Positions 48,631-57,978 of a stretch of DNA of 64,000 nt are shown one piece after another (position 1 is the stretch's first letter; every line of letters starts with the position of its first letter). This DNA comes from Cenarchaeum sp. GTDB taxonomy: Archaea > Thermoproteota > Nitrososphaeria > Nitrososphaerales > Nitrosopumilaceae. The translations under genes and the position numbers were made by a program. A model generated the notes under the pieces. It searched no databases. It saw only the letters and a list, made by a program, of their open reading frames with translations, and was not told the DNA's origin. Location: NCBI GenBank assembly GCA_963692915.1, contig OY843584.1, forward strand, positions 1,504,001-1,568,000. Reading direction: 5' to 3'.

Positions 48631-49587
48631 CTATTGCTTTATGTTCAGCCCAACTCTGTTCCCGTAATACTCGTCAAATGAGGCCTTTCCAATTTTCTTG
48701 CTAATCCCCTTGACCTCGTCATATGCGACATTAAGAGATTGTGCGACATCCCTCGCATAATCGTTATCTGACTCTTCATAACACCAGCTATCGCCATCCA
48801 GGAGATACGACCTGCTCTTCTGGCCTCTGAACATCGTTGTCTCAAAGCAAAATGTATGAACACCATGTGCCAAACCATACGCTAGGTTCGATCTTATGGG
48901 TTTTTTATTGTACTTTGTTCGTCTTGGAAATATGCCAACCATATTGCACCATTTCTTGTTCTCTGACATTAGTTGAGATAGCATATTCCAGTTTCTGTTA
49001 TAGATTTTATATCCGCCCCATTGTACATTAAAGCGTAAATAATCGTTACAATTCAGTATGTATCGCATCTTTTCCTCAAACCTACTTCCTACATCACAAC
49101 GTAAGTTGATAGATGGGGATTTTCTTTGGTTGGTGTCAAATCTATCTAGATCTTCAAGGTCTTTTTTTAGGCCGTCTAGTCCTTGGTTCCTGTTAGACTC
49201 GATGTCTCCGATAAATGTGGTGTTTAGCTCTCTCTGCAATTCAAGCAAACTCATTCGTTGTTCGTATGTTGGATTGATCTTTTTGACGGCCGTTACGCTC
49301 ATAGATGTAATGTCAGGTTCGTAGTCATGCTCTATTTGCTTAAATGTGGTCTTTATACTTTGTATGTCTGTGCTTGTTATCTCTGCCTTGTCTATCACAT
49401 AATGATAGTTAAACATAGTGGGCTTGGCCTTAATCTCACATTCTTCTCCCCTCGAGTAGTCTATTTGGTTTGCGCACAATTCTGGCAACATGTACGTCTT
49501 TTGCCCCACCGTGACTTCTAGGCCTCTGATCCCAGAGCTTTGCGCTAGCTCTGACAATAGTGGCACCGATCTGATCGCAAGCCTCAT
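48631..49587 (-). CDS. AT-rich hypothetical protein, possibly a divergent TGT-like TIM barrel
   Basis: Long low-GC ORF; weak resemblance to TGT termini. Confidence 0.55.
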   Translation of the reverse strand: MRLAIRSVPLLSELAQSSGIRGLEVTVGQKTYMLPELCANQIDYSRGEECEIKAKPTMFNYHYVIDKAEITSTDIQSIKTTFKQIEHDYEPDITSMSVTAVKKINPTYEQRMSLLELQRELNTTFIGDIESNRNQGLDGLKKDLEDLDRFDTNQRKSPSINLRCDVGSRFEEKMRYILNCNDYLRFNVQWGGYKIYNRNWNMLSQLMSENKKWCNMVGIFPRRTKYNKKPIRSNLAYGLAHGVHTFCFETTMFRGQKSRSYLLDGDSWCYEESDNDYARDVAQSLNVAYDEVKGISKKIGKASFDEYYGNRVGLNIKQ

Positions 49588-49841
49588 GGCTCCCCGACAG
49601 TCACTGTGATTAATAACTATGATCATAAACATGGCACTCGCCGCTGACTGCTCCCAGATTGACACGTGCCATGCCCCCATGCGCAGGATCGAACCTGACT
49701 GCGCCCCTGGGCCTGATCGCAGCTAGCTTGCCGATCCGCACCGGCCACAAGGCTCCATGACGGCGATACCGTCCATGAGTGGCACCCCGCGCCGAAATTC
49801 CGAGTAGGTTTATAACCAAAGTTGGGCGGCGCGCCCCACAG

Positions 49842-50450
49842 ATGTCCGAGGAGGCAAGGGCCGGGGGCTCCAGCGGCCTCTCGAGGCGCGACTTTCTCAA
49901 GCTTATGGGCGCCGCTGGCACTGGCCTCGCATTTGCTCCGTTCGTGCCGTGGGGCCAGTTCATGCCAAACCCGTCATCTGCGTCCCTCGAGCGCGTGCCC
50001 GTCGAGCTGCCAGACGGGTCGCAGGCCAACGCCGCGACGTTTCCCGTAAACCACTCCGAGGTCATCACGTACCCGCGGACCGGCGATCGCGTTCTTGACG
50101 AGGAGGCGTTTCGCAAGTGGCAGCTCATACGCCTGCCCGAGGAGCTCGGCGGCACGGCCAACGACGCAAGCTCGTTTCGCGTGTTTAGCATGGTCTGCCT
50201 CCACCTGTGGTGCCTCTGGAAGTACTGGCCCGATGCGGGCCGTCGGCGCGGCGAGTGCCCGTGCCACGGGAGCATGTATGACGCGCGCACGGGAACGTCA
50301 TTTGCAGGTCCTGCATCACTCCAGGCCCCGCCGTCAGACACGCTTCCAAAGCTCGACCTCGAGGCGGGCAGTGACGGCCTCTTGTGGATAAAGCCCCCTG
50401 TCTGGGGCGTCAATGACAACGGTGTGGTGGGCTATGGCCGCTTTGTATGA
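49842..50450 (+). CDS. petC: Rieske Fe-S protein of complex III
   Basis: TAT motif SRRDFLK, CLHLWC, CPCHGS. Confidence 0.93.
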   Translation: MSEEARAGGSSGLSRRDFLKLMGAAGTGLAFAPFVPWGQFMPNPSSASLERVPVELPDGSQANAATFPVNHSEVITYPRTGDRVLDEEAFRKWQLIRLPEELGGTANDASSFRVFSMVCLHLWCLWKYWPDAGRRRGECPCHGSMYDARTGTSFAGPASLQAPPSDTLPKLDLEAGSDGLLWIKPPVWGVNDNGVVGYGRFV

Positions 50451-51909
50451 GGGCCGCCAGACTGGCGCCGTAGGATTTTTCCACTGGCTATGGGACGGCT
50501 TTGAGCGCACGATATTTGCCGCCGTAAAGTTCTCGTTCCCGTCAAGGTTTGTGAGCCCGTTTGGGTTTCTTGGAATGCTCACGTTCATCGTGTTCATCAT
50601 ACTTGGCGTCTCTGGCGCGCTCCTCATGTTCTACTATCAGCCGATACTCGATCGCGCATGGGACAGCGTCCAGTTCATCAATGACGAGGTTCCGTTTGGA
50701 TTCCACATACGCAACATACACTATCACGGGTCAAACGCCATGGTTCTCCTGGCCATACTCCACATGTACTATCAGTATTTCAGCGGCCGCTACAAGATAC
50801 GCAACGAGCTCCTCTGGGTGACCGGAGTCATACTCGGCACGGTCACGATACTCGAGGCGTTCACCGGATATGACGTGATATTCAGCGAAAGGGCTGAGCT
50901 TGCGATCAGCATTGCCGCATCGCTGACCAACTCTATACCGGTAATAGGGCCGACGATCCGAGAGTCCGCATTTGGGGCCGGATTTTCGGACTTTGTCCTG
51001 CGGTTCTATGCGCAGCACGTCTTTATCCTGCCTGTGGTCATGCTCGGCCTCATGGCGGTCCACTTTCCACGGTTTCTCGTCTTTGACGTGCCCATGGTCA
51101 TGGCGATCTCGGGCGCGATACTCATCACGGGCGGCGTGTTTCCAATAGACCTTGGGTTCAAGTTCGAACCCACGGTGCCGCCGGGGATCACGGTTCCCGA
51201 GTGGTACCTGACTGCGCTCTATGCGTTCTTGCGCACGCAATACGACAAGTTCGTCACCGGCGTGCTCTGGCCGGGCCTCTTTATCCTCGCGCTACTCCTC
51301 GTCCCGTTCATCGACCGCTACAAAAAGTTCTCCTGGAAGGATCGCCCCCTCATCACGGCCTTTGGCATAACGGGAATCGCGCAGATGATGGTCACGACAT
51401 ACTGGGGGTTCTACATACCCTCTGACACGTCAATACCGCTCGTCGAGCGCCTAGTCATAGACCCGATATACCTCTACACGGTGATGATCCTCCTCGTGCC
51501 GCTAGGGTTTGGGTTTAGCTATATGATGATCCACATGGCCCGCGAGGCCGAGCGAAAGGCAAAGCTCGCCAAGGAGAGCGGGCCGCGCCAGGTCGCAAAG
51601 ATAGACCTGTCTGACAAGTGGGTCAACTGGATAATCATCGCGCTTATCGCGTTCCAGGTCTTCCTCAACATTGCCGCATACAATGCGGCACTCGCCGGAA
51701 TGAAGAACCTGTCGCTGTTCTGGGTCGGCCTCATACTCGTCGTCTTTGCGGCGTTCTTTCACGTGTACCGCTATGGCCTCGGCAAGGCCAAAAAGCTGCC
51801 CACGCCGCCGCCGGGCATCGTGGCCCGCGAGAGGCCAAAGGCCATCGAGGCGGCCCCCGAGACGCCCGAGCTGCCCGAGTCTGGCACGCCTGATGGCGCA
51901 AAGACATAG
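50434..51909 (+). CDS. petB: Cytochrome b/b6 of complex III
   Basis: RNIHYHGSN, LHM, RFYAQHV, VPEWY. Confidence 0.95.
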   Translation: MAALYEGRQTGAVGFFHWLWDGFERTIFAAVKFSFPSRFVSPFGFLGMLTFIVFIILGVSGALLMFYYQPILDRAWDSVQFINDEVPFGFHIRNIHYHGSNAMVLLAILHMYYQYFSGRYKIRNELLWVTGVILGTVTILEAFTGYDVIFSERAELAISIAASLTNSIPVIGPTIRESAFGAGFSDFVLRFYAQHVFILPVVMLGLMAVHFPRFLVFDVPMVMAISGAILITGGVFPIDLGFKFEPTVPPGITVPEWYLTALYAFLRTQYDKFVTGVLWPGLFILALLLVPFIDRYKKFSWKDRPLITAFGITGIAQMMVTTYWGFYIPSDTSIPLVERLVIDPIYLYTVMILLVPLGFGFSYMMIHMAREAERKAKLAKESGPRQVAKIDLSDKWVNWIIIALIAFQVFLNIAAYNAALAGMKNLSLFWVGLILVVFAAFFHVYRYGLGKAKKLPTPPPGIVARERPKAIEAAPETPELPESGTPDGAKT

Positions 51910-51984
51910 TGTGCACCGTCGCGCGCGAGTTGACGCCTTTTCGATCATGGGACTTAATAGTCAGTAGCGCCGCTTCTGGCTCCG

Positions 51985-53163
51985 ATGATTCAGGCAGACG
52001 CGCTCAAGGGTGCTGCGATCACGATACTGCAGAAATCGCGCACACCGCTCCATTTTGAGCGCATTGCGGACAGGGCGTTGACCCAAAAAATTATTCTGCT
52101 GGGCGCGAATGTGTTCGATGATTACATGGGTGCCGTACTGCGCCACGATGTGGAACAATACGGCAGCAGATCGGCGTTTGTCAAGACCGCTCCGGGGTAT
52201 TATGGGCTAAACCCGGATCGGGCATCTAATATGCCTGATGCGGAGATGGAAAAATCAATGCCAAAGACCGCCGAGTTCAAAAAAGCAGCGATTCGCATAC
52301 TGCGCGGCTCCCTTGGCTCGCTTCATTTTGGGCACATTGCCTCAAAGGCCATATCTGAAGGCATCATTCAGCCCACTAGCCATACCGTCGCCGCGCTCAT
52401 GGGTGAAGTTCTCCATAACGACATTTTACAAAATGGTGTCAAGTCGCCTTTTGTTACAACAGATAGAGGGTTTTATAGATTAAGACCAAATCATCCTCTT
52501 GCAACAATGCTGTCAACAAAATATCCTAAGCAAACACCAACAAAACCTCATCGTAGGGTTCATCCACAAACGACTGTTAAATTTGGCGTAAGTTTTCCGG
52601 CCAATGTCCAGACTCGTGATCTCTCTATGGCAAAAACAAACACCAAGCCTTCATTTACTCAACAACAATTACATAAATTACCGGCCACATCATTTGGAGA
52701 ATATGTGGGCAAGGGCGGTGAATATCTTGTCGCTAGCAAATTATTCTTTTTAAACTATAACGTGAGCATGCCTGGTGTGGATGTGGGCGCAGATCTACTT
52801 GCTACAAAAGATGGACACTCTCACTACTACATCCAGGTAAAAACAATGTTCAAGAGAAAAAGCACCTACAGAACACGCATTAAAATAAGCAGCTTTAAGA
52901 AACGGGCGTCTAACTGCATGTTCTATGTTTTTGTACTTCGAAGCTTGCGCACAGACCAAACAATTACAGAAAATTTTCTAATATTTTCACATGCAGCACT
53001 AGAAGAACATATGCTGTGTAACCATATAAAGTCAGACGACAAACACCTTTTTCTCGCGTTTAATCAAGATGATGGCCGGTTTTCAATTGGCTCCCATGAC
53101 GACTATATTGACAACCATGTGAACGACTGGAATCTTATCGGCCAGGACGTCGTTGCCTCCTAG
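51985..53163 (+). CDS. Tandem HARE-HTH x2 + PD-(D/E)XK nuclease
   Basis: Two AAI.IL....LHF..IA..A repeats; GKGGEYLVASKL...DVGADLLA...IQVKT; low GC. Confidence 0.8.
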   Translation: MIQADALKGAAITILQKSRTPLHFERIADRALTQKIILLGANVFDDYMGAVLRHDVEQYGSRSAFVKTAPGYYGLNPDRASNMPDAEMEKSMPKTAEFKKAAIRILRGSLGSLHFGHIASKAISEGIIQPTSHTVAALMGEVLHNDILQNGVKSPFVTTDRGFYRLRPNHPLATMLSTKYPKQTPTKPHRRVHPQTTVKFGVSFPANVQTRDLSMAKTNTKPSFTQQQLHKLPATSFGEYVGKGGEYLVASKLFFLNYNVSMPGVDVGADLLATKDGHSHYYIQVKTMFKRKSTYRTRIKISSFKKRASNCMFYVFVLRSLRTDQTITENFLIFSHAALEEHMLCNHIKSDDKHLFLAFNQDDGRFSIGSHDDYIDNHVNDWNLIGQDVVAS

Positions 53164-53241
53164 TTTTTCCAACGTGTTTCGCACGAGCTCGAATTCTGAC
53201 GCCTTTCTCACATCTGCGTCATGCGGTCAATGGTGTGCCGC

Positions 53242-53988
53242 TCAGTATTCTGTGACAACGTCAGGATCGGTGTCTATGGCCTTTCTGAGATACGGGCTCC
53301 CATCGTCCTCTCGTCCAAGACGCACTAGCACAACGTACTTTTCATAATTTATCTTGGCATCATCGGGTCTTATCTCTAGTGCACGATCTAGCGCCTGCAA
53401 CGCCTCGTCATTGCGTTCCATGGTGAGCAACACAGTGCCCTTTATCGCATGAGCCAACACGTGCCTGGCCTCTAGTCCTATGGCGCGCTCTAGGGACTTT
53501 AGCGCCTCGTCATAGCGCTCTTGCATCGCAAGTGCCTGTGCCCTACCCACGTGGAGTCCGGCATATCTTGGGTTTAGCATCAATCCACGCTCAAAGCACT
53601 CTAGACCATCCTCAACCTTGCTCTTGCCGAGCAGGAGATCGCCTAGCAGGCGGTATGCGTTCCAGTGGCCCGGATCAAGCCTTGTTGCGAAGCGCGCCTC
53701 CACCAGCGCTTCGTCGTACTCTCCCGTTGCTGCCAGTGCCGCACCCTTGACAAAGTGTGCGTCTGCGAGATCGGGATCTAGCAATATGGCAGCCTCTGCA
53801 TTCTCGAGAGCCTCCTCGACATAGTCGAGGTGGTACAGGGCAGCGGCCACGTCGATGCGCGCCCTGGCGCTATCGAGGTTCTCCTGCAGCGCGATCTCTG
53901 CCCTGTGAAGCTCTGCGATTGCGGCTCTCCAGCCATCCCTGTCGGCCTCTACGTCCACAACCCCGGGCTGCTCTAGAACTGTCTTCAT
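53242..53988 (-). CDS. TPR repeat protein
   Basis: About 6 TPR repeats. Confidence 0.85.
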   Translation of the reverse strand: MKTVLEQPGVVDVEADRDGWRAAIAELHRAEIALQENLDSARARIDVAAALYHLDYVEEALENAEAAILLDPDLADAHFVKGAALAATGEYDEALVEARFATRLDPGHWNAYRLLGDLLLGKSKVEDGLECFERGLMLNPRYAGLHVGRAQALAMQERYDEALKSLERAIGLEARHVLAHAIKGTVLLTMERNDEALQALDRALEIRPDDAKINYEKYVVLVRLGREDDGSPYLRKAIDTDPDVVTEY

Positions 53989-54139
53989 GCAAGGGGATCA
54001 CCGCCCGTTCTATAAAAATTGAACGTGGCCTGTCACGCATGGCAGCAGCACTGACCGCCTTGGCTACCCAACGCGGCCGTATGTCAGGGCGCGCCGGCCC
54101 TGTAAGCTTTATAACGCAATTCCCGGCGCCTCTCGCCGC

Positions 54140-54598
54140 TTGGCATCACCGCAGAACGCGTACGGGATTGGCGTGATGACTGTCATCGTCGCGCTAGTCG
54201 CCGGCTCGGTCTTTTACCAAGAGTTCTACCTACCCGAGTCCTTGGCAAAGCCGTCTGTCGACGAGCACATCCTCCATCCGACCGGATCGTCGACTATTGA
54301 CATGATCGACGGCTCGGCCAACCAGGACCAGGTCGACAACTTTGTGCCAAAGCTCGTCAACATCCAGCTAGGAATAGACAATATAGTCACGTGGACGAAC
54401 TCGGATGAGACAGCGCACACCGTGACGCCTGACCACAGGGTCGCTGACTCGTACAGCGGCACGTTTGGCTCAGTCGGCGTCGTAAAGCCCGGCGAGGCAT
54501 ACGAGTTTATCTTTACAGAGCCACACGAGATAGAGTACCACTGCGAGCCGCACCCGTGGATGACGGGCAAGATTATCATCACAAAGCAGCGCTTCTAG
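54140..54598 (+). CDS. Membrane-anchored plastocyanin-like protein (likely third subunit of AOA complex III)
   Basis: N-terminal TM, AHTVT, YHCEPHPWM; TTTATAA box upstream. Confidence 0.85.
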   Translation: MASPQNAYGIGVMTVIVALVAGSVFYQEFYLPESLAKPSVDEHILHPTGSSTIDMIDGSANQDQVDNFVPKLVNIQLGIDNIVTWTNSDETAHTVTPDHRVADSYSGTFGSVGVVKPGEAYEFIFTEPHEIEYHCEPHPWMTGKIIITKQRF

Positions 54599-54933
54599 CC
54601 GCGTGACACAAAGACGACGCCGCTGTCGACCTCCTTGTGCTGCTCTATTATCGCCGCGCGCACGCGAATCTCGTGCGCCTCCTTGATCGCCGGCTCGACT
54701 TTTGCGACAAAGTCCGCAGTTCCATCAGGCATGTCTGCGCTCGGGACAAAGAGCCTGGACTTTGTGCCCGCCTGCGCCTTGCCGTTGCATGACTCGAACG
54801 AGACTAGCGAGTTTGACCCCGTGACCTGCGCGTATATCATGACGCCGTCATGCCTGCCGCCGTAAGTTATAACGACACGCCCGCGCAGCATGTCACCGCC
54901 ACCCTCGTCGACTGACACGGTGCATGCGCCCAT
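54595..54933 (-). CDS. Hypothetical protein
   Basis: ORF with backbone-like composition and a TTAATTAT box upstream. Confidence 0.6.
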   Translation of the reverse strand: MGACTVSVDEGGGDMLRGRVVITYGGRHDGVMIYAQVTGSNSLVSFESCNGKAQAGTKSRLFVPSADMPDGTADFVAKVEPAIKEAHEIRVRAAIIEQHKEVDSGVVFVSRG

Positions 54934-54980
54934 GGCCGCCACTGCGCGCGTGCCCGATAATTAACCTTGGCGTGTGATCA

Positions 54981-55055
54981 CGGGTCCAGAGGGCTTCGAT
55001 CCCTCGACCATTGGATTAGAAGTCCAACACTCTGTCCATGCTGAGCTATGGACCC
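54981..55055 (-). tRNA. tRNA-Arg(TCT)
   Basis: GGGTCCA acceptor stem, TTGGA-CT-TCT-AA-TCCAA anticodon arm, GAGGG-ATCGAAG-CCCTC T-arm. Confidence 0.92.
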
Positions 55056-55081
55056 GCCGGCGAGTGCGACCCCGTTTCATT

Positions 55082-55966
55082 TTAAGGGTTTACGGCCCAG
55101 CGGCCATGCGCGTCATCGCGTCCGGCCTTGAAGAGAAACTGTTGCGCATATCCGGCGTACGGGCCATACCTTTTCACAACGGCATCGTGCACATTGGCGT
55201 ACGTGCGCGGCGTGACTCTGGTGATCTTGCCGGCAAGGGACTCCTCGCCCATCGATGCCAGTATGCGGGCCATCCAGCGGTCCAGGGGAAACGCCTCAAG
55301 CCTCTCCAGGGAGAAGAGCATTACACAGTCGGCCACCTTTGATCCCACACCGGGCACTGCGAGGAGCGACTCTAGCGCATCGCCGTATGGCACGCCGCGC
55401 AGCGCACCTAGCTCGAGGCGTCCGGATGCGACCATGTGGGCGGCCCGCCTGACGTACTTTGCGCGATACCCCAGGCCGCATGAGGCAAGGCCGGCGGCAT
55501 TTGCGCGCGCAAGCCTAGAGGGCTCCGGAAAGAGGCAAAACTCGGCGCCCTCATGGCTTGTGCGCTCGCCGTACCTTGCGCAGATGCGGCGCAGCGAGTC
55601 CCTGATCCTCGGTATGCTCGAGTTTGCCGACGTGATGAACGTGATGAGGCACTGGAACGCATCCTGGCGCATGAGGCGCAGGCCCGCCAGGCGCCTCACT
55701 GCGGCACCCACCCTGCGATCGCGCGATATGTCGCGCAGTATGGCCTCAATGTCATCATCCTGCCTGAATATGTCCGGCGCGGCGCCGGCGTGCGAGGAGA
55801 TGCGCGGCCTCGAGCGCGACGAGTCGACCGTTATGGCGTGCGCGCCGTCGACGCCGCGCCAGAGGTGCCCGTCGCGCTCCCAGAGAAAGACCTGCCCGCT
55901 GTTTATGCTCAACTCGACGTCAATGTGCCGCCTAGACGGTGACTGTCTCGTTGGCGACTGCGGCAT
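55082..55966 (-). CDS. ogg: 8-oxoguanine DNA glycosylase (OGG1-type)
   Basis: SGQVFLW, LRLMRQD, GLGYRAKY, GVGSKVADC, FPLD, YAGYAQQFLF; start uncertain. Confidence 0.88.
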   Translation of the reverse strand: MPQSPTRQSPSRRHIDVELSINSGQVFLWERDGHLWRGVDGAHAITVDSSRSRPRISSHAGAAPDIFRQDDDIEAILRDISRDRRVGAAVRRLAGLRLMRQDAFQCLITFITSANSSIPRIRDSLRRICARYGERTSHEGAEFCLFPEPSRLARANAAGLASCGLGYRAKYVRRAAHMVASGRLELGALRGVPYGDALESLLAVPGVGSKVADCVMLFSLERLEAFPLDRWMARILASMGEESLAGKITRVTPRTYANVHDAVVKRYGPYAGYAQQFLFKAGRDDAHGRWAVNP

Positions 55967-57203
55967 GCGCGTCGAGGCCAAACTTTTCATGGATCTCGCG
56001 CGCAAACGTCTCGCACGACTCGGCATCGCCGTGGACCGTGATGACCTTTGGGCTGCCCTTTATGCGCTTGACCATGTCAAAGAGGTCGGTTCGGCCAGAG
56101 TGGCCAGAGAACTCGAACTTTCTGACCTGTGCGGCCGCCGCGCGTGCCCCGCCGCGAATCTGGACCTTGCCGGTCTCGAGGAGCTTGCGGCCCGGCGTGC
56201 CCTCGCCCTGGTACGACACTAGCGCAATGCCGTTTCGGTCATCAAAGGCGATCTCTTGGAGGTAAAAGACTGCGTTGCCCCCGACTAGCATGCCTGCCGG
56301 AGATATCACGACGCACGGGCCCTCGAGGTTTCTCTTGCGGTCCTCGTGGCTCTTTATGGCGATTGCGTGGCCGACTGCGTCCTCAAAGACCTTTGGATCC
56401 CGCAGATAGTCCTGATTGTCCATGATGATGTCATTGACCTTTAGTGCCATGCCGTCCATGATGACGCGGTGCTCAAAGTTTGCGTTGCGCAGGACGCATG
56501 CAATCTCCTGTGACCTCTCTACTGAGAATGACGGGATGAACAGTATTCCCTTGCGGTCCATGACCTCGCTGGCAAACTCGAGCAGTCCGGCCTCTGACTC
56601 TTTTCTTGGCGGCTGGTCCTTTAGCGCGTACGTGCTCTCCGTTATGAGAAGGTCGATCTCGCCGACGTCAAAGTCAGCCTCGCGCAGCATCCTCGAGCCG
56701 CGCACGTTGACGTCTCCGGTGTAAAAGAGGCGCCTCTTGTCGGCCTCTACGATCACGGTGCTCCCGCCGACGACGTGGCCGGACTCGCGCAGCTCGACTT
56801 GCGCGTCGCCAATCCTGAACGGCTCGCCAAAGGAGTGGTGCGTGACATTGCTCATCATCGCCTTTACCTCGCGCGACTCGTACTGGTGGCGGCCCCTCTC
56901 TATCTTTATCATGTCCTCTATGAGGAGCCTCGAGAGCTCCATCGTCGGCTTTGTCGCATGGACCCCGACGCCGTTGCCGCCTCCGGCAAAGAGGGCCGGC
57001 ACGTTGCCCGAGTGGTCAAGGTGCGCGTGCGTGATGACCGCACCGGCGATGTCCTTTGGCCTGACGTGCGTCGGGTACTGGGGCGGATCGCCACGCCTGC
57101 CAAACATGACGCCATAGTCGAGGAGGAGCTTTGTGGGGCCTGCCTCGACCATGAATGCCGAGCGACCCACCTCACCGGCGGCGCCCAGAACGCTTACGTT
57201 CAC
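55932..57203 (-). CDS. MBL/beta-CASP ribonuclease (aCPSF-like)
   Basis: GEVGRS, THAHLDHSG, SGHVVG, ESTY, FSGH, VHG. Confidence 0.9.
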   Translation of the reverse strand: MNVSVLGAAGEVGRSAFMVEAGPTKLLLDYGVMFGRRGDPPQYPTHVRPKDIAGAVITHAHLDHSGNVPALFAGGGNGVGVHATKPTMELSRLLIEDMIKIERGRHQYESREVKAMMSNVTHHSFGEPFRIGDAQVELRESGHVVGGSTVIVEADKRRLFYTGDVNVRGSRMLREADFDVGEIDLLITESTYALKDQPPRKESEAGLLEFASEVMDRKGILFIPSFSVERSQEIACVLRNANFEHRVIMDGMALKVNDIIMDNQDYLRDPKVFEDAVGHAIAIKSHEDRKRNLEGPCVVISPAGMLVGGNAVFYLQEIAFDDRNGIALVSYQGEGTPGRKLLETGKVQIRGGARAAAAQVRKFEFSGHSGRTDLFDMVKRIKGSPKVITVHGDAESCETFAREIHEKFGLDAHAAVANETVTV

Positions 57204-57318
57204 TGCGTGGAGGCTTCCCCGATCGTGCTTTAAAACCCTCTCTATGAGGCCCCCTCAGGGCCGCCTGCGCCCCCACCTGTCTAAAGCTTTAATTATAGCC
57301 CGATCGGCGGGTTCCCCC

Positions 57319-57537
57319 ATGGGCAGAAGCTACCAAGATTGGCTGAACCAGCAGGATCAGGCACTCGTGGCCAAGGTTAGAGCCGGCGACGAGTCGAACA
57401 AGCCTCTCCTGAACCAGATCAACTGGATCTGGGTTGCCAATCTTATGAACAAAAAGGCAGAACTGAACCCCTCCTCAGCCGAGCTCCTCGACTGGGTGAC
57501 ATCGGGTCAGATCGAAGCCATGAGAAAGAACAAGTAG
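57319..57537 (+). CDS. Small conserved-type hypothetical protein
   Basis: 72 aa starting MGRSYQDW; TTTAATTA box upstream. Confidence 0.75.
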   Translation: MGRSYQDWLNQQDQALVAKVRAGDESNKPLLNQINWIWVANLMNKKAELNPSSAELLDWVTSGQIEAMRKNK

Positions 57538-57664
57538 ACGTAAACATTATGCGTCCACTATTTTTGAGTGTGTCAGGCACGCTGTGCGCTACTCTGCCAC
57601 AAATAACCCCGTTATAAGATTTCTATTATGGTTTAAATACCTATAGGGGTATTGCAAAGCAACA

Positions 57665-57967
57665 ATGCCAATAGCAATATTGCCTGACGTGGACGAGCAG
57701 AGGTGCATAGGATGCGCACTATGCGTAGAGATATGCACTTCACTCGGACCGGACGTGCTGCGAGTAAAGCCCGTAGAGGGCTGGAAGAGGGGAAAGGCGT
57801 TTGTCTTTTATCCGGAGAGATGCATTTCTGACGGCGCATGCATAGGTGTGTGCCCGACGAAGTCCATCTTTTGGATGAGGCCAATGAACTACACCGCGGG
57901 TCAGCCCGTGCCTCTCCACAAGAACGGCGTGTTCGTGAAGGGCTGGGCAGAAGACGCTGCAAACTAG
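57665..57967 (+). CDS. 2[4Fe-4S]-type ferredoxin
   Basis: CIGCALCVEIC and CISDGACIGVCP. Confidence 0.92.
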   Translation: MPIAILPDVDEQRCIGCALCVEICTSLGPDVLRVKPVEGWKRGKAFVFYPERCISDGACIGVCPTKSIFWMRPMNYTAGQPVPLHKNGVFVKGWAEDAAN

Positions 57968-57978
57968 CGAGCTCCCAG

